Shown piece after piece: positions 50,644-62,116 of a DNA stretch of 64,000 nt. A model generated the notes under the pieces. That model had not been told where the DNA came from. It was given only the letters and a program-made list of their open reading frames with translations, and did no database searches. Source of the DNA: a bacterium (GTDB lineage: Bacteria > RBG-13-61-14 > DATKZS01); assembly GCA_963674965.2 (NCBI GenBank), contig CAXXFL010000007.1, positions 1 to 64,000 on the forward strand, in the 5' to 3' direction. Position 1 is the stretch's first letter. Each line of letters begins with the position of its first letter. A program made the translations under genes and the position numbers.

Positions 50644-51654
50644 TTATCCCCCTTTAATAAGGTTCTTGTCGTACCGGGGATCGGGGAAATTATCAACCTT
50701 CATTCCCAGTTGAAGCCCCATCATACTCAGTACTTCTTTTATTTCGTTCAAGGACTTCCTTCCGAAGTTCTTGGTTTTCAACATCTCGGCCTCGGTCTTT
50801 TGCACCAGCTCGCCGATGATCCTTATGTTCGCGTTCTTAAGGCAGTTGGCCGCCCTGACGCTGAGCTCGAGCTCGTCCACGCTACGATAGAGGTTGGGGT
50901 CCATATCGTGCAGTTCCTCGATCTCCTCCTCCACCGTCTCGACGTCCACCTTGTCGTCGAAGTTGACGAAAATCCCGAGTTGGTCCTTTAAAATTTTGGC
51001 GGCGTAGCCCACCGAGTCGGCCGGCATGACCGCCCCGTTGGTCCAGACCTCGAGGATCAGCTTGTCATAGTCGGTGATCTGGCCCACCCTGGCGTTGGTC
51101 ACGCGGTAATTGACCTTGCGCACGGGCGAGAAAATCGAGTCGATGGGAATGGCCCCGACCGGCAGTTCCTCGTCCTTGTTCCTCTCCGCGGGAACGTATC
51201 CCTTGCCCATCTTGACCCACATCTCCATGCGTAGGGTCGCGTTCTCGTCCAGGGTGGCGACGTGCGCCTCGGGATTTAGTATCCTCACGCTGGGGTCGGC
51301 CTGGATGTCCCCGGCCCTTACTATGGCCGGGCCCTTGGCGTCGAGAGTGATCGACCTCTTGGCGTCCCCGGAGTAATTGAGGAGGACCTCCTTGAGGTTG
51401 AGGATGATCTCGGTCACGTCCTCGGAGACCCCGGGCACGGTGGAGAACTCGTGAAGCACTCCTTCCATCTTCACGGCCACGATGGCCGCCCCCTGGAGAG
51501 AGGACAGGAGCACCCTGCGAAGAGCGTTGCCGAGAGTGATGCCGAAGCCGCGCTCGAGGGGTTCCGCCGTGAACTTGCCGTATACTCCAGTAGCCGAGTC
51601 GGCCTCGAGTTCAAGTTGTTTCGGCTTTATCAGGTTCCGCCAGTTACGGTGCAT
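50644..51654 (-). CDS. rpoA: RNA polymerase alpha subunit
   Basis: [17 protein letters not shown] and [10 protein letters not shown] motifs. Confidence 0.98.
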   Translation of the reverse strand: MHRNWRNLIKPKQLELEADSATGVYGKFTAEPLERGFGITLGNALRRVLLSSLQGAAIVAVKMEGVLHEFSTVPGVSEDVTEIILNLKEVLLNYSGDAKRSITLDAKGPAIVRAGDIQADPSVRILNPEAHVATLDENATLRMEMWVKMGKGYVPAERNKDEELPVGAIPIDSIFSPVRKVNYRVTNARVGQITDYDKLILEVWTNGAVMPADSVGYAAKILKDQLGIFVNFDDKVDVETVEEEIEELHDMDPNLYRSVDELELSVRAANCLKNANIRIIGELVQKTEAEMLKTKNFGRKSLNEIKEVLSMMGLQLGMKVDNFPDPRYDKNLIKGG

Positions 51655-51699
51655 TATTTATCCCTCCCTAGGATGGAACAAACCGGCCCTCGAGGCCGA

Positions 51700-52329
51700 T
51701 TACTTGGAGTAAAGCTCGACGATCAAGTTCTCGTTGATCGGCATGGTTATGTCCTCGCGAGCCGGATACTCCTTGAGCGTGCCCTTGAAGTTCTCGACGT
51801 CAAGATCGAGCCACCTGGACACGCCGCCCCGTTTCTGAACGTTCTCCAGGGCGGACTGGAAAGCCTTGCTCTTCCTGCTCTTCTCTTTTACCTCGATCAC
51901 GTCCCCCTCGGATACCAGATACGACGGTATATTGACCTTCTTGCCGTTCACCAGGAAATGCCCGTGACGAACGAGTTGGCGGGCCTCGTTCCTGCTGCCG
52001 GCGAAGCCCAGGCGATAAACCACGTTGTCAAGACGCCTCTCGAGAAGGACCAGAAGGTTATAGCCCGTCACGCCCTTCATAAGGTCGGCCTTGGCGAAGT
52101 AGTTGCGGAACTGGGACTCGAGAAGTCCGTAAATCCTCTTGACTTTCTGCTTCTCTCGAAGCTGCATCCCATAGTCGGAATGCTTTATCCTTCTGTCGCC
52201 GTGCTGTCCCGGCGGTTTGGCTCTCCTGTCCACGGAGCACTTGTCCGAATAACACCTCTCGCCCTTCAGATAGAGCTTGAGACCTTCCCTCCTGCAAAAA
52301 CGGCAAACGGCTTCACGATACCGGGCCAC
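51700..52329 (-). CDS. rpsD: 30S protein S4
   Basis: LREKQK and [11 protein letters not shown] motifs. Confidence 0.98.
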   Translation of the reverse strand: MARYREAVCRFCRREGLKLYLKGERCYSDKCSVDRRAKPPGQHGDRRIKHSDYGMQLREKQKVKRIYGLLESQFRNYFAKADLMKGVTGYNLLVLLERRLDNVVYRLGFAGSRNEARQLVRHGHFLVNGKKVNIPSYLVSEGDVIEVKEKSRKSKAFQSALENVQKRGGVSRWLDLDVENFKGTLKEYPAREDITMPINENLIVELYSK

Positions 52330-52364
52330 GTATGCACCTCCTTAATAAAAGCGGGATAATCCCG

Positions 52365-52754
52365 TTAAACCCTGCGCCTTTTCGGCGGACGGCAGCCATT
52401 GTGGGGAATGGGAGTCACGTCCTTGATCAAGGTCACCTTGAGACCCGTGGACTGGAGGGCCCGGAGGGCCGACTCGCGTCCCGAACCCGGTCCCTTGACC
52501 AGGACGTCCACGCTCTTCATGCCGTGCTCCTGGGCGCGGCGGGCGGCCTCCTGGGCGGCCTGCTGGGCGGCGAAGGGCGTGCTTTTCCTCGAGCCCTTGA
52601 ACCCCACCATGCCGGCGCTCAGGCAGGACACGGTGTTCCCGGTCCGGTCGGTGATGGTAATAATCGTGTTGTTGAAGGAACTCTGAATATGGACCACGCC
52701 GTGCTCGATATTCTTCTTGACCTTCTTTTTTCCGCGTTCTTTCTTCCTGGGCAT
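52365..52754 (-). CDS. rpsK: 30S protein S11
   Basis: [12 protein letters not shown] motif. Confidence 0.98.
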   Translation of the reverse strand: MPRKKERGKKKVKKNIEHGVVHIQSSFNNTIITITDRTGNTVSCLSAGMVGFKGSRKSTPFAAQQAAQEAARRAQEHGMKSVDVLVKGPGSGRESALRALQSTGLKVTLIKDVTPIPHNGCRPPKRRRV

Positions 52755-52785
52755 ATTTTCTCCCCGTTCCTAATGGAACCGAACC

Positions 52786-53163
52786 TTATTTCTTGGTGGC
52801 CTTCTTCTTGCCGGCTATGGCCTTTCTCGGCCCCTTCCTGGTCCTGGCGTTGGTGTGGGTATTCTGTCCCCTCACCGGCAGTCCCCGCCGATGCCTCAGG
52901 CCCCGGTAGCAGCCCATGTCCATGAGCCGCTTGATGTTCATGCTGACTTCCTTGCGCAGCTCTCCCTCGACCTTGTACTTCGAGTCGATTATCTGACGGA
53001 TGGCCGCGACCTGGTTCTCGTCCAGGTCGTTGCTCCGGGTGGCCGGCTCCAGGCCGGCCTCCTCGACTATCGAAAGCGCCGTGGTCTTGCCAATGCCGTA
53101 GATATAGGTCAAGGATACGACGATGGGCTTGTTGGGCAAATCAACGCCGGCGATTCTAGCCAT
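52786..53163 (-). CDS. rpsM: 30S protein S13
   Basis: MARIAGV and GLPVRGQ motifs. Confidence 0.98.
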   Translation of the reverse strand: MARIAGVDLPNKPIVVSLTYIYGIGKTTALSIVEEAGLEPATRSNDLDENQVAAIRQIIDSKYKVEGELRKEVSMNIKRLMDMGCYRGLRHRRGLPVRGQNTHTNARTRKGPRKAIAGKKKATKK

Positions 53164-53187
53164 GTTTCCTCCTCATGCTCACTTGGA

Positions 53188-53301
53188 TCAACCCTGCCGC
53201 TGCTTGTGGCGGGGGTTCTTGCAGATAACGCGCACGACGCCGCGGCGTTTGACTATCTTGCAATCTTTGCAGCGCTTTTTCACTGAAGCTTGCACCTTCA
53301 T
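53188..53301 (-). CDS. rpmJ: 50S protein L36 (not in ORF track)
   Basis: Manual translation [37 protein letters not shown]. Confidence 0.96.
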   Translation of the reverse strand: MKVQASVKKRCKDCKIVKRRGVVRVICKNPRHKQRQG

Positions 53302-53363
53302 TTCCGATTCCTTTCAATGCGCCCGGGGGCGCCGCGTTATGCCTTACGAAAGTCCGGGAGAAT

Positions 53364-53585
53364 TCATCTCCTGAACGTTATCCTTCCACGCGTGGGATCG
53401 TACGCGTTGATCTCGACCGTGACCTTGTCGCCCGGCACTATCTTGATATAGTGCATCCGCATCTTGCCGGATATGTTCGCCAAAAGCTTGTGCCCGTTGG
53501 GAAGCTCGACCCTGAACATCGCGTTTGGCAGGGCTTCTTTTACCTCGCCCTCTATTACGACCACGTCGTCCCTATCCTTCGCCAT
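53364..53585 (-). CDS. infA: Initiation factor IF-1
   Basis: [10 protein letters not shown] and ISGKMR motifs. Confidence 0.97.
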   Translation of the reverse strand: MAKDRDDVVVIEGEVKEALPNAMFRVELPNGHKLLANISGKMRMHYIKIVPGDKVTVEINAYDPTRGRITFRR

Positions 53586-53644
53586 GCAAACCCCTTTTGC
53601 AGGATTGATAAATCACCGCCTCCCGCGGCGTTGGCCAGCGACCG

Positions 53645-54397
53645 TTACCAGTCGCTCAAAACGTCCGGACCATGGTCCGTCACGGCCACCGACCTCTCGA
53701 AGTGCGCCGAGGGCCTGCCGTCAGCCGTGACCGCGGTCCAACCGTCCTCCAGTACCTTCACGTCGGGAACGCCGGCGTTTATCATCGGCTCGATGGCCAG
53801 GACCATTCCCTCCACCAGTTTATTGTTCGGTCTCGGGCGGCCGCAGTTGGGGACCTGGGGCTCCTCGTGCATCTTGCGCCCGATGCCGTGGCCAACGAAC
53901 TGGTATACCACCGAGAAACCGTTGGCCTCCGCGTGACCCTGCACCGCCTCCGCTATATCGGAGAGGTGGTTGCCGGGGACCATTTTTAAAACGGCCCGCT
54001 CCAGGCATTCCCGGGTCACCTCGATCAGCTTTTTCTTTTCCTCGCCCACCTCGCCGATGGCGAAGGTCATGGCCGCGTCGCCCACGTAGCCGCCGCGAAC
54101 GGCCCCGAAGTCGACGCTGAGGACGTCTCCGTCCTTTAAGACCCGTTCCTCACTGGGGATGCCGTGGACCACCTCCTCGTTGATGGAGGCGCAAAGCACC
54201 GCCGGGTATCCCCTGTAACCCAGGAAAGCCGACTCGGCCTTCCTTTTCTCGAGTATCCTTCTGGCGCGCCCGTCAAGTTCCATGGTGCTTACGCCCGGCC
54301 TGGCGAAAGCCTTGATGTCCTCGAGCACCTCCACCACCACCCGGTTGGCCTCGCGGAGGACCTCGATTTCCTTCCTGGTCTTGAGGACTACGCCCAA
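53645..54397 (-). CDS. map: Type I methionine aminopeptidase
   Basis: NEEVVHGIP, GHGIG..HE and AIEPM motifs. Confidence 0.96.
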   Translation of the reverse strand: MGVVLKTRKEIEVLREANRVVVEVLEDIKAFARPGVSTMELDGRARRILEKRKAESAFLGYRGYPAVLCASINEEVVHGIPSEERVLKDGDVLSVDFGAVRGGYVGDAAMTFAIGEVGEEKKKLIEVTRECLERAVLKMVPGNHLSDIAEAVQGHAEANGFSVVYQFVGHGIGRKMHEEPQVPNCGRPRPNNKLVEGMVLAIEPMINAGVPDVKVLEDGWTAVTADGRPSAHFERSVAVTDHGPDVLSDW

Positions 54398-54401
54398 ACC
54401 G

Positions 54402-55046
54402 TCAATCTTCCAGGGCCTTCATGATGGCGTCGGTGATGCCGTTGATATCGCCCACGCCGGGAATGTCCTTGACGATGCCCTTTTTGCCGTAATAGTCCTT
54501 AAGGGGGGACGTCTGATCGTGATACACGCCAAGGCGGTTCCTGATGGTCGCCTCGTTGTCGTCGTCCCGCTGGTAAAGCTCGCCGCCGCACTTGTCGCAG
54601 ACGCCGTCTTTTTTCGGCTTCTGGAACTCGAGGTGATACATGGCGCCGCATCCCTTGCAGGTGCGCCTTCCGCCCAGTCTCTTGACCACCTCGTCGTCGG
54701 GCACCTCGATGCTGACGACCTTGTCGATCTTCTTGGACATGCCCTCGAGGGTCTTGTCCAGTGCCTCGGCCTGGGGCACGGTGCGGGGGAACCCGTCAAG
54801 GATAAAGCCCTTGGCGCAATCGGACTCGGCCAGCCTCTCCTTGACCATGCCGATGACCACCTCGTCGGGAACGAGCTTGCCCGCGTCCATGAATTCCTTG
54901 GCCTTCTTGCCAAGCTCGGTGCCGTTCTTTACCGCCGCGCGCAGCAGGTCGCCCGTGGATATCTGCGGAATGCCGTACTTCTCTATAAGCCTTTTAGCCT
55001 GGGTCCCTTTGCCGCAACCTGGCGGTCCGAGCAATATCAAGTTCAC
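54402..55046 (-). CDS. adk: Adenylate kinase
   Basis: GPPGCGKGTQ, LDGFPR and Zn-lid motifs. Confidence 0.97.
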   Translation of the reverse strand: MNLILLGPPGCGKGTQAKRLIEKYGIPQISTGDLLRAAVKNGTELGKKAKEFMDAGKLVPDEVVIGMVKERLAESDCAKGFILDGFPRTVPQAEALDKTLEGMSKKIDKVVSIEVPDDEVVKRLGGRRTCKGCGAMYHLEFQKPKKDGVCDKCGGELYQRDDDNEATIRNRLGVYHDQTSPLKDYYGKKGIVKDIPGVGDINGITDAIMKALED

Positions 55047-55096
55047 TTCATCCCTCCTTGATCGAAATACTGATCCGACGCGATATTGTTAAAGGG

Positions 55097-56422
55097 CTAC
55101 CTGCCCCTTCTTCCCTTCATCTTGGGTCCCTTGGGTCCCAGGAACCCGTCGTAGTGGCGGGTGATCATGTGGGCCTCGATCTGGGAGGCCGTGTCCATGG
55201 CCACGCCCACCACGATGAGAAGGCCCGTTCCGCCGAAGTAGAACGGTATTCCCACCCATCCCATCAGCACGGCGGGAAGCACGCAAACGGCCACCATATA
55301 GAGCGCGCCCCCGACGGTGATCCTGGTCAGGATGCGGTCGATAAAGTCGGCCGTGTTCTGTCCCGGCCTCACGCCGGGTATGTATCCGCCGTGTTTCTTC
55401 AGATTGTCGGCCATATCGACCGGGTTGATCTGAACGGCGGTGTAAAAGAACGTAAAGAAGATAATAAGTATAGCATAAACGGTGTTATATTGCCAGGACA
55501 CCGGGCTCATGGACGAGGAGAACCACTGGGCCCAGTTGGAGTCGGACTCTCCGAAAATGCCCGCGATGCTGGCGGGAAAGGTCAGCATGCTCGAGGCGAA
55601 GATGGGGGGAATGACTCCCGCCGGGTTCACCTTGAGGGGAAGGTGGGTCTTGACGCCGCGATACATCTTGCGGCCCACGGTCCGGGCCGGGTACTGGACC
55701 TGAATCTTCCGCTGGGCCCTCTCGACGTAGACGATGGCCCCTATTACGACCACCATGCCTATCCCCACCAGAAGCAACGTAATGATATCGAGCTCTCCCG
55801 TCCGGTACTGGGAAAGGGTCTGGTAAATGCCCACGGGCACTCGGGCCACGATACCGGCGAAAATGATAAGGGAAATGCCGTTACTGATGCCCCGCTCGGT
55901 AATCTGCTCGCCCAGCCACATGAGAAGGGCCGTGCCGGCGGTCAGGGTTATGATGGTCATAACCACGAACCTGATTCCCGGGTCGGGCACGACCGGCATC
56001 TGTCCGGCGCTCCATCCCCGAAGCATGCCGATGATGGCCACGCTCTGGATGGCCGAGAGCACGATGGTCAAGTACCTGGTGTATTGGGTGATTTTCTTCC
56101 TGCCTACCTCGCCTTCCTTTTGCAGGCGCTCGAGATAGGGAAAAACCACGGCCAGAAGCTGCAGGATAATGGAAGCGGTAATATAGGGCATGATCCCGAG
56201 GGCGAACACGCTCATATTGAGGAACCCGCCGCCGGTAAAGGTGTTTAACATGCTGAAAAGTCCCGCAGACTGGGACTGCTCGAACATGGCTTTGAGGGCG
56301 GCCGAGTTGATGCCCGGGATCGGAATATGCACTCCGAGCCTGCAGACGGCCAGTATGGCCACCGTGAAAAGCAGGCGGCGCTGCAGCTCGGGAATCTTGC
56401 CTATATTTGTCCAGCCCGACAT
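55097..56422 (-). CDS. secY: Preprotein translocase SecY
   Basis: ALGIMPYITASII and GNG-like SNGISLIIFAGI motifs. Confidence 0.98.
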   Translation of the reverse strand: MSGWTNIGKIPELQRRLLFTVAILAVCRLGVHIPIPGINSAALKAMFEQSQSAGLFSMLNTFTGGGFLNMSVFALGIMPYITASIILQLLAVVFPYLERLQKEGEVGRKKITQYTRYLTIVLSAIQSVAIIGMLRGWSAGQMPVVPDPGIRFVVMTIITLTAGTALLMWLGEQITERGISNGISLIIFAGIVARVPVGIYQTLSQYRTGELDIITLLLVGIGMVVVIGAIVYVERAQRKIQVQYPARTVGRKMYRGVKTHLPLKVNPAGVIPPIFASSMLTFPASIAGIFGESDSNWAQWFSSSMSPVSWQYNTVYAILIIFFTFFYTAVQINPVDMADNLKKHGGYIPGVRPGQNTADFIDRILTRITVGGALYMVAVCVLPAVLMGWVGIPFYFGGTGLLIVVGVAMDTASQIEAHMITRHYDGFLGPKGPKMKGRRGR

Positions 56423-56425
56423 GGG

Positions 56426-56872
56426 TTATATTACCTCTACCTTGCCCCCCGCCGCCTCGATTTTCGCCTTGGCCTTCTCGCTGAAGGCGTGGGCCTTGAC
56501 GGTCAGGGCTTGTTTAAGTTCGCCGTTTCCAAGGATTTTCACCATGTCTTTGCCCTTCATGAGCCCGGCTGATTTCATCTGCTCGATTCCCACCTCGCTG
56601 CCCGCGGGGAAGGCGTTCAACGCCTCGACGTTAATCTCGGCGCGCTCGATCCTGTGGATATTGTTGAAACCCCTTTTGGGAAGACGGCGGGCCAGAGGCA
56701 TCTGTCCGCCCTCGAAGGCCCGGTGGGTCTTTCCCTTTCCGGCCCTCGCGTTCTGTCCCTTGTGTCCCGCTCCGCAGGTTTTTCCCCATCCGGACGACTC
56801 GCCTCTGCCCACGCGCTTCGCTTTCCGGTTCTTTCCCTTGGGAGGAGTGAGGTTTGAAAGGTCGGTCGCCAT
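56426..56872 (-). CDS. rplO: 50S protein L15
   Basis: FEGGQMPLARRLPKRGF motif. Confidence 0.97.
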   Translation of the reverse strand: MATDLSNLTPPKGKNRKAKRVGRGESSGWGKTCGAGHKGQNARAGKGKTHRAFEGGQMPLARRLPKRGFNNIHRIERAEINVEALNAFPAGSEVGIEQMKSAGLMKGKDMVKILGNGELKQALTVKAHAFSEKAKAKIEAAGGKVEVI

Positions 56873-56873
56873 T

Positions 56874-57056
56874 TTATTCCTCCACTTCCACCATGTGGAT
56901 GACTTTTTTTACCATGCCGCGAATCTCGCGGGTATTGGGCCTTTCAACCGTCTGGTTCATCCGGTTTAGTCCGAGTCCCTTCAGCACGGCCTTGTGCTCC
57001 TTGGGCCGGTTGATGGGGCTTCTTTTAAGCGTAATTTTTATAGTCGGGTTGGCCAT
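56874..57056 (-). CDS. rpmD: 50S protein L30
   Basis: Position in operon, LGL..IRGMV. Confidence 0.95.
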   Translation of the reverse strand: MANPTIKITLKRSPINRPKEHKAVLKGLGLNRMNQTVERPNTREIRGMVKKVIHMVEVEE

Positions 57057-57084
57057 ATTGTCACCTTCATGTCCCGTCTTTGCC

Positions 57085-57585
57085 TTACAGTTCGTCGGGC
57101 GATTTTCCTCGCCTGGCGGCCACCGCCTCCCTGGTCTGCAGTTTGAGCAGGGCGTCGAAAGCGGCCTTGACCACGTTCTGGGGGTTGTTGGTCCCGATGG
57201 CCTTGGTCAAAAGGTTGGTAATCCCGGCCGCCTCGACCACGGCCCTGACCGGTCCGCCGGCGATGACGCCGGTACCGGGGGACGCGGGCCGCATGAGCAC
57301 GCGGGCCGCTCCGCATCGTCCGATCTGCTCGTGGGGGATGGTCCCCCCCTCGACGAGCCCGACCTGGACCATGGAGCCGCGGGCCTTCTCGACGCCCTTC
57401 CTGATCGCCTCGGGCACCTCGTTGGCTTTTCCCTTGGCCACTCCGACCCTTCCCTTTCCGTCTCCAACCACCACCAGGGCCGAAAAGGAGAACCTTTTGC
57501 CTCCCTTTACGACTTTCGCCACCCTGCCGATATGGACGACCTTATCCCTTAATTCGACTTCCTGTTCACCGTACTCGATCGCCAC
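57085..57585 (-). CDS. rpsE: 30S protein S5
   Basis: [11 protein letters not shown] motif. Confidence 0.97.
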   Translation of the reverse strand: MAIEYGEQEVELRDKVVHIGRVAKVVKGGKRFSFSALVVVGDGKGRVGVAKGKANEVPEAIRKGVEKARGSMVQVGLVEGGTIPHEQIGRCGAARVLMRPASPGTGVIAGGPVRAVVEAAGITNLLTKAIGTNNPQNVVKAAFDALLKLQTREAVAARRGKSPDEL

Positions 57586-57605
57586 GGTAATCCTCCCGTT
57601 TCGGG

Positions 57606-57968
57606 TTAAAAATTCAGCCCGGCTTCCCTGGCAGCGTCGGCCAGGGCCTTTAGCCTGCCGTGATATAAAAAGCCGTTGCGGTCGAACACGACTTTTTCAA
57701 CTCCGGCCGCCTTGGCCTTCTCGGCTATCATCTTGCCGACGGCCTTGGCCGCTTCCTTGTCGTTGGTGCTTTTGAGCTGCCCTTTCAGGTCCTTGGACAA
57801 GGTGCTGGCCGCGGCCAGGGTTTTGCCTTCCTCGTCGTTTATGACCTGAACGTAAATATGACGCTGGCTCCTGAAAACGCAGAGCCGGGGACGCTCCTGG
57901 CTACCCCTGACCTTGCGCCGGACCCGACCTTGCCGAATGATTCTTTTTTCATTCCTGGACTGTGCCAT
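57606..57968 (-). CDS. rplR: 50S protein L18
   Basis: RPRLCVFRS and [12 protein letters not shown] motifs. Confidence 0.97.
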   Translation of the reverse strand: MAQSRNEKRIIRQGRVRRKVRGSQERPRLCVFRSQRHIYVQVINDEEGKTLAAASTLSKDLKGQLKSTNDKEAAKAVGKMIAEKAKAAGVEKVVFDRNGFLYHGRLKALADAAREAGLNF

Positions 57969-57992
57969 GACCCTCTCCACTAATTAAACGCG

Positions 57993-58547
57993 TCACGAGC
58001 CGGGGGCGCCGCCGCCCACGCCGGACTTGCCGGCTTTCCTGCGAACGTATTCGCCCTGATACCTGACGCCCTTGCCCTTGTAAGGCTCGGGGGGACGCCA
58101 GTTCCTGATCTTGGCGGCCAGGTCTCCCACTTGCTGCTTGTCCACGCCGCTAACGACGATGGTGTCCTTTTCCATGGTCACGTCCAACCCCTCGGGGATG
58201 GGGACCTCCTTGGGGAAGGCGTAGCCCACGCTCAATTTCAGGACCTTACCCTGGACCTCGGCCTTGTAGCCCACGCCGATTATATCCAGCTTCTTGACGT
58301 AGCCCTCGGTGACGCCGACCACGGCGTTGCCGACCAGAGACCGGTAAAGTCCCTGGAACATCCTGGACTGGCGCGAGTCGTCGGGCCTTGAAACCCTTAC
58401 TACTTCCCCCTCTATCTCGATGGAGCAGGGAGGATTTACCTCAACCGTCAGCTCGCCCTTGGGCCCCTTCACCTTGAAGAGGGGGGCCCGCCACGAGACC
58501 TCGGCCCCCTTGGGCACGGTTATCGGTACTTTACCCACTCTTGACAT
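57993..58547 (-). CDS. rplF: 50S protein L6
   Basis: PEPYKGKGVRY motif. Confidence 0.97.
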   Translation of the reverse strand: MSRVGKVPITVPKGAEVSWRAPLFKVKGPKGELTVEVNPPCSIEIEGEVVRVSRPDDSRQSRMFQGLYRSLVGNAVVGVTEGYVKKLDIIGVGYKAEVQGKVLKLSVGYAFPKEVPIPEGLDVTMEKDTIVVSGVDKQQVGDLAAKIRNWRPPEPYKGKGVRYQGEYVRRKAGKSGVGGGAPGS

Positions 58548-58574
58548 GACCTTATCTCCTGACCTTCGCGTTCC

Positions 58575-58970
58575 TTACCAGATCGAGCAGAGTATCTCGC
58601 CGCCCACTCGCCGCTCCCTTGCCTTCTTGTCGGTCATGACGCCCTTGGAGGTCGAGATAATCGATACTCCAAGTCCGTTCTTGACCTCGGGCAGGTCGTC
58701 AACCTTGGCGAAGACCCTGCGCCCGGGCTTGGATTCCCTCTTGATCTTCATGATGATGGGGTTTCCGTCCGGGTCGTATTTAAGGAACACCTTGAGCACG
58801 CCCTGCTTGCCGTCCTGGGCGAGCTTGAAATTTTTTATATAACCCTCGGCCTTGAGTATCCGCGCGATTTCCAGCTTAAGCTTGCTCGCGGGAACGTCGA
58901 CCGACTCGTGCCTGGCCGAGAGACCGTTTCTGATCCGGGTCAACATGTCCGCTATGGGATCGGTCATCAT
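58575..58970 (-). CDS. rpsH: 30S protein S8
   Basis: [12 protein letters not shown] motif. Confidence 0.97.
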   Translation of the reverse strand: MMTDPIADMLTRIRNGLSARHESVDVPASKLKLEIARILKAEGYIKNFKLAQDGKQGVLKVFLKYDPDGNPIIMKIKRESKPGRRVFAKVDDLPEVKNGLGVSIISTSKGVMTDKKARERRVGGEILCSIW

Positions 58971-58985
58971 TTTCCATACTCCCCC

Positions 58986-59171
58986 TTACCAACTCGATTT
59001 GACCATGCCGGGTATCTTGCCCTCGAGCGTGAGCTTCCTCAGGCAGATTCTGCACATGTCGAAACGCCGGTAATAAGCCCGGGGACGCCCGCAGATCGGG
59101 CACCGGTTATAATCCCTGACCTTGAACTTCTTGGGCCTCTTCGCCTTGGCCATAAGCGATTTCTTCGCCAC
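58986..59171 (-). CDS. rpsN: 30S protein S14, Zn-binding type
   Basis: CPICGR..CRIC, 61 aa. Confidence 0.96.
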   Translation of the reverse strand: MAKKSLMAKAKRPKKFKVRDYNRCPICGRPRAYYRRFDMCRICLRKLTLEGKIPGMVKSSW

Positions 59172-59186
59172 TTTTAGACTCCTCCG

Positions 59187-59729
59187 TTAGTTGGCGCGGA
59201 AGGGCATGCCCAGTCGCTTGAGAAGGCTTCTGGCCTCCTCGTCGTTCTGCGCGGTTGTGCAGATGGTTACGTTAAGTCCCTGGATGCGCTCAACCTTGTC
59301 GTAATTGATCTCGGGGAAAATGATCTGTTCCTTGATTCCCAGCGAGTAGTTTCCCCTTCCGTCGAAAGCCCGGGGGCTCACTCCTCCGAAGTCCCTCACC
59401 TGGGGCAGGGCGATGCTCACGAGCCGGTCGAGGAACTCGTACATCCGGGCCCCCCGGAGCGTCACCATGACGCCGATGGGCATGCCCTTTCTCAGCTTGA
59501 AGGTGGCGATGGATTTTCTCGCCTTGGTCACCACCGGCTTCTGGCCCACGATCTGGGTCAACTCGGCGACGGCCCCGTCAATAAGCTTGACGTTCTGGAC
59601 CGCCTGCCCGAGGCCGAGGTTGACGGTAACCTTGGTAAGGCGGGGGACCTGCATGACGTTCTTGTAGGAAAACTCCTCCATCATCGCCTTGACGATTTCC
59701 TCGTTGTATATTTTCTTGAGCCTGGTCAT
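59187..59729 (-). CDS. rplE: 50S protein L5
   Basis: [10 protein letters not shown] motif. Confidence 0.97.
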   Translation of the reverse strand: MTRLKKIYNEEIVKAMMEEFSYKNVMQVPRLTKVTVNLGLGQAVQNVKLIDGAVAELTQIVGQKPVVTKARKSIATFKLRKGMPIGVMVTLRGARMYEFLDRLVSIALPQVRDFGGVSPRAFDGRGNYSLGIKEQIIFPEINYDKVERIQGLNVTICTTAQNDEEARSLLKRLGMPFRAN

Positions 59730-59741
59730 TTTGGCCTTCCC

Positions 59742-60062
59742 TTAATCGATATGTTCTTCGCACTTCCCGCAAACGCGAACGCGGGAGCCGCTGTCGAGCT
59801 TCTTGAACCGGGGCCTGGTGGTCTTGTTGCACTTGGGGCAAACCAGGGCCAGGTTGTCAAGCCGGATGGGCGTTTCCCTCTCGATGCGCCCGCCCTGGGG
59901 GGCCATGGGGTGTCCGGGACGAAGGTGCCGGGTCTGGAAATTGATTTTTTCCACCAGGGCCTTTTCCTTCTTGTGGTCGACCTTGATGACCTTGCCCTTC
60001 TTGCCCCGCTCTCTTCCCGAGAGCACCGTGACCTGATCGCCTTTTCTTATCTTGTAAGCCAT
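59742..60062 (-). CDS. rplX: 50S protein L24
   Basis: KOW motif GDQVTVLSG..GKKGKV. Confidence 0.96.
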   Translation of the reverse strand: MAYKIRKGDQVTVLSGRERGKKGKVIKVDHKKEKALVEKINFQTRHLRPGHPMAPQGGRIERETPIRLDNLALVCPKCNKTTRPRFKKLDSGSRVRVCGKCEEHID

Positions 60063-60082
60063 TTTTTCACCTGTATCGGGGC

Positions 60083-60451
60083 CTAAAGGACCTCGGGGGC
60101 GAGCGAGACTATCTTCATGAAACGCTTGGCCCGAAGTTCCCTGGCCACCGGACCGAACACGCGGTTTCCGATGGGCTCGAGCTGGTTGTTAAGGAGCACG
60201 GCCCCGTTGTCGTCGAAGCGCACGTAAGTCCCGTCGGGACGGCCGATTTCCTTGGACGTTCTCACCACCACGGCTCGGACGACCTCGCCCTTTTTCACCT
60301 TCGAGGTGGGGATGGCCTCCTTGACGGACGCCACGATTATGTCTCCCACCCGCGCGTAGCGGCGGCGGGTCCCGCCCAGCACCTTGATGCACTGGACCTT
60401 TTTGGCCCCCGAGTTGTCGGCCACGGTCAGCATGGATTCAACCTGGATCAT
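60083..60451 (-). CDS. rplN: 50S protein L14
   Basis: VADNSGAK and SLAPEVL motifs. Confidence 0.98.
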   Translation of the reverse strand: MIQVESMLTVADNSGAKKVQCIKVLGGTRRRYARVGDIIVASVKEAIPTSKVKKGEVVRAVVVRTSKEIGRPDGTYVRFDDNGAVLLNNQLEPIGNRVFGPVARELRAKRFMKIVSLAPEVL

Positions 60452-60469
60452 GTTTTATCCTCCCTCGCC

Positions 60470-60754
60470 TCAGTCCGCTCGCCTGATGACCTTGAGAAGG
60501 CGCCAGCGCTTGTCCTTCGAGAGGGGACGCGTCTCGATGATCTGAATGAGGTCTCCGGTCCGGCAGGAGTTCTCCTGGTCGTGGGCCTTGACGTTCTTCC
60601 ATACCCGCGTGTACTTCTTATACTTGCGATGAAGCTTTATCCGCTCGATCCTGACCACGATCGTCTTGTCCATCTTGTCGCTCACCACGACGCCGGTCCT
60701 GACCTTGCGATGTCCCCGCGGCTTGTCGGCGCGGGTCGAAACCGCGTTTTCCAT
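60470..60754 (-). CDS. rpsQ: 30S protein S17
   Basis: SDKMDKT and ETRPLSK motifs. Confidence 0.97.
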   Translation of the reverse strand: MENAVSTRADKPRGHRKVRTGVVVSDKMDKTIVVRIERIKLHRKYKKYTRVWKNVKAHDQENSCRTGDLIQIIETRPLSKDKRWRLLKVIRRAD

Positions 60755-60809
60755 TTCCTTACTCCTTAGCCCCCGTGTTTATTGGCTCTTGTGTCATTAC
60801 TATCCCGGT

Positions 60810-60998
60810 TTATAGTCCTCTTTCCCGGACCACGGTTTTCACTCGCGCCAGGTCCCGCCTGGTCATTCTCAGGCGGGCGGTGTTCTCGAGCTGGCCCGTG
60901 GCGTGCTGGATGCGAAGGTTGAAAGCCGCGCGCTCGAGGTCCTTTAGCTTGTCCATAAGCTCCTCGTCGGTCATCTCTCTTATCTCGGTCGGCTTCAT
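60810..60998 (-). CDS. rpmC: 50S protein L29
   Basis: [21 protein letters not shown]; start overlaps the rplP stop. Confidence 0.95.
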   Translation of the reverse strand: MKPTEIREMTDEELMDKLKDLERAAFNLRIQHATGQLENTARLRMTRRDLARVKTVVRERGL

Positions 60999-61411
60999 CA
61001 ATAATCCTCCAGCTCGACGATCTGGGTGGGAATGGGAAGCTTGCTGCCGGCCAGCTTGAGCGCGGCGCGGGCCATTTTCTCGTCCACTCCCTCGAGCTCG
61101 AACAGGACCCTTCCGGGCTTGATGGGGGCCACCCACTCCTCGACCGATCCCTTGCCTTTACCCATCCTGGTTTCGAGGGGTTTCTTGGTAAGGGGCTTGT
61201 CGGGGAAAATCCTTATCCAGATTTTGCCGGCCCTTTTCACGTGCCTGGTAATGGCGACGCGGCTGGCCTCGATCTGCCTGGCGGTTATCCATCCTGCGCC
61301 CATGGCTTGCAGTCCGTAGCTTCCGAAGGCCAGGGTGGACCCTCGTCTGGCGATCCCCCTTATCCTTCCCTTTTGAAGTTTTCTATATCTTGGTTTCTTG
61401 GGCTGTAACAT
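60998..61411 (-). CDS. rplP: 50S protein L16
   Basis: RMGKGKG motif. Confidence 0.97.
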   Translation of the reverse strand: MLQPKKPRYRKLQKGRIRGIARRGSTLAFGSYGLQAMGAGWITARQIEASRVAITRHVKRAGKIWIRIFPDKPLTKKPLETRMGKGKGSVEEWVAPIKPGRVLFELEGVDEKMARAALKLAGSKLPIPTQIVELEDY

Positions 61412-61446
61412 TGCCCCTCTCCTTTACTCGCGTATCTTACAATCCA

Positions 61447-62103
61447 TCAAAGCTTGACGGGAGGAGCGTTTCCGCCCTTCCACACCTCGTTCTTGAACAC
61501 CCATACCTTGACGCCGATGACGCCGTAGGTGGTCCTGGCCTGGGTGTACCCGTAGTCGATGTCGGCCCGGAGCGTGTGCAGGGGCACCCGGCCCTGGCGG
61601 TACCACTCGCTCCTGGCGATCTCCGCGCCGCCCAGCCTGCCGCCGCACTGGATTTTCACGCCCTGGGCCCCGAACTTGAGGGCCAGGCTGATGGCTTTCT
61701 TCATGGCCCTTCTGAAAAGGACCCGCCGCTCGATCTGGAGCGCCACGTTCTCGGCGATGAGCTGGGCGTCCGTCTCCATGGGCCTGACCTCATGGATGTT
61801 GATGAAGACCTCGGCCTCGGTGAAGCGCTGGAGCTCGTGCCGCAGCACGTCGACCTCCTGGCCCCGCTTGCCGATCACGATGGCCGGCTTGGCCGTGTGG
61901 ATGTTGACCCGGCACTTGTTGGTGCTGCGCTCGATGACGATGTCCGAGATACCCGCGTGATAGAGCTTCTTCTTGATGTACTCGCGGATTTTCAAGTCCT
62001 CGTGCAGGAGCTTGGAGTAGTTCTTCTTGTCGGCGTACCAACGCGAGTCCCAGGTCTTGATATAACCCAGTCTAAAGCCGATGGGATGAGTTTTCTGGCC
62101 CAA
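61447..62103 (-). CDS. rpsC: 30S protein S3
   Basis: [10 protein letters not shown] and [11 protein letters not shown] motifs. Confidence 0.98.
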   Translation of the reverse strand: MGQKTHPIGFRLGYIKTWDSRWYADKKNYSKLLHEDLKIREYIKKKLYHAGISDIVIERSTNKCRVNIHTAKPAIVIGKRGQEVDVLRHELQRFTEAEVFINIHEVRPMETDAQLIAENVALQIERRVLFRRAMKKAISLALKFGAQGVKIQCGGRLGGAEIARSEWYRQGRVPLHTLRADIDYGYTQARTTYGVIGVKVWVFKNEVWKGGNAPPVKL

Positions 62104-62116
62104 GACGTCCTCCCTT

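Noticed and set aside
60999-61136. N-terminal extension of L29 in the ORF track (likewise long starts for ald at 27489 and the DUF3298 protein at 33328)
   Set aside because: These overlap upstream genes; downstream ATGs fit family length and RBS.
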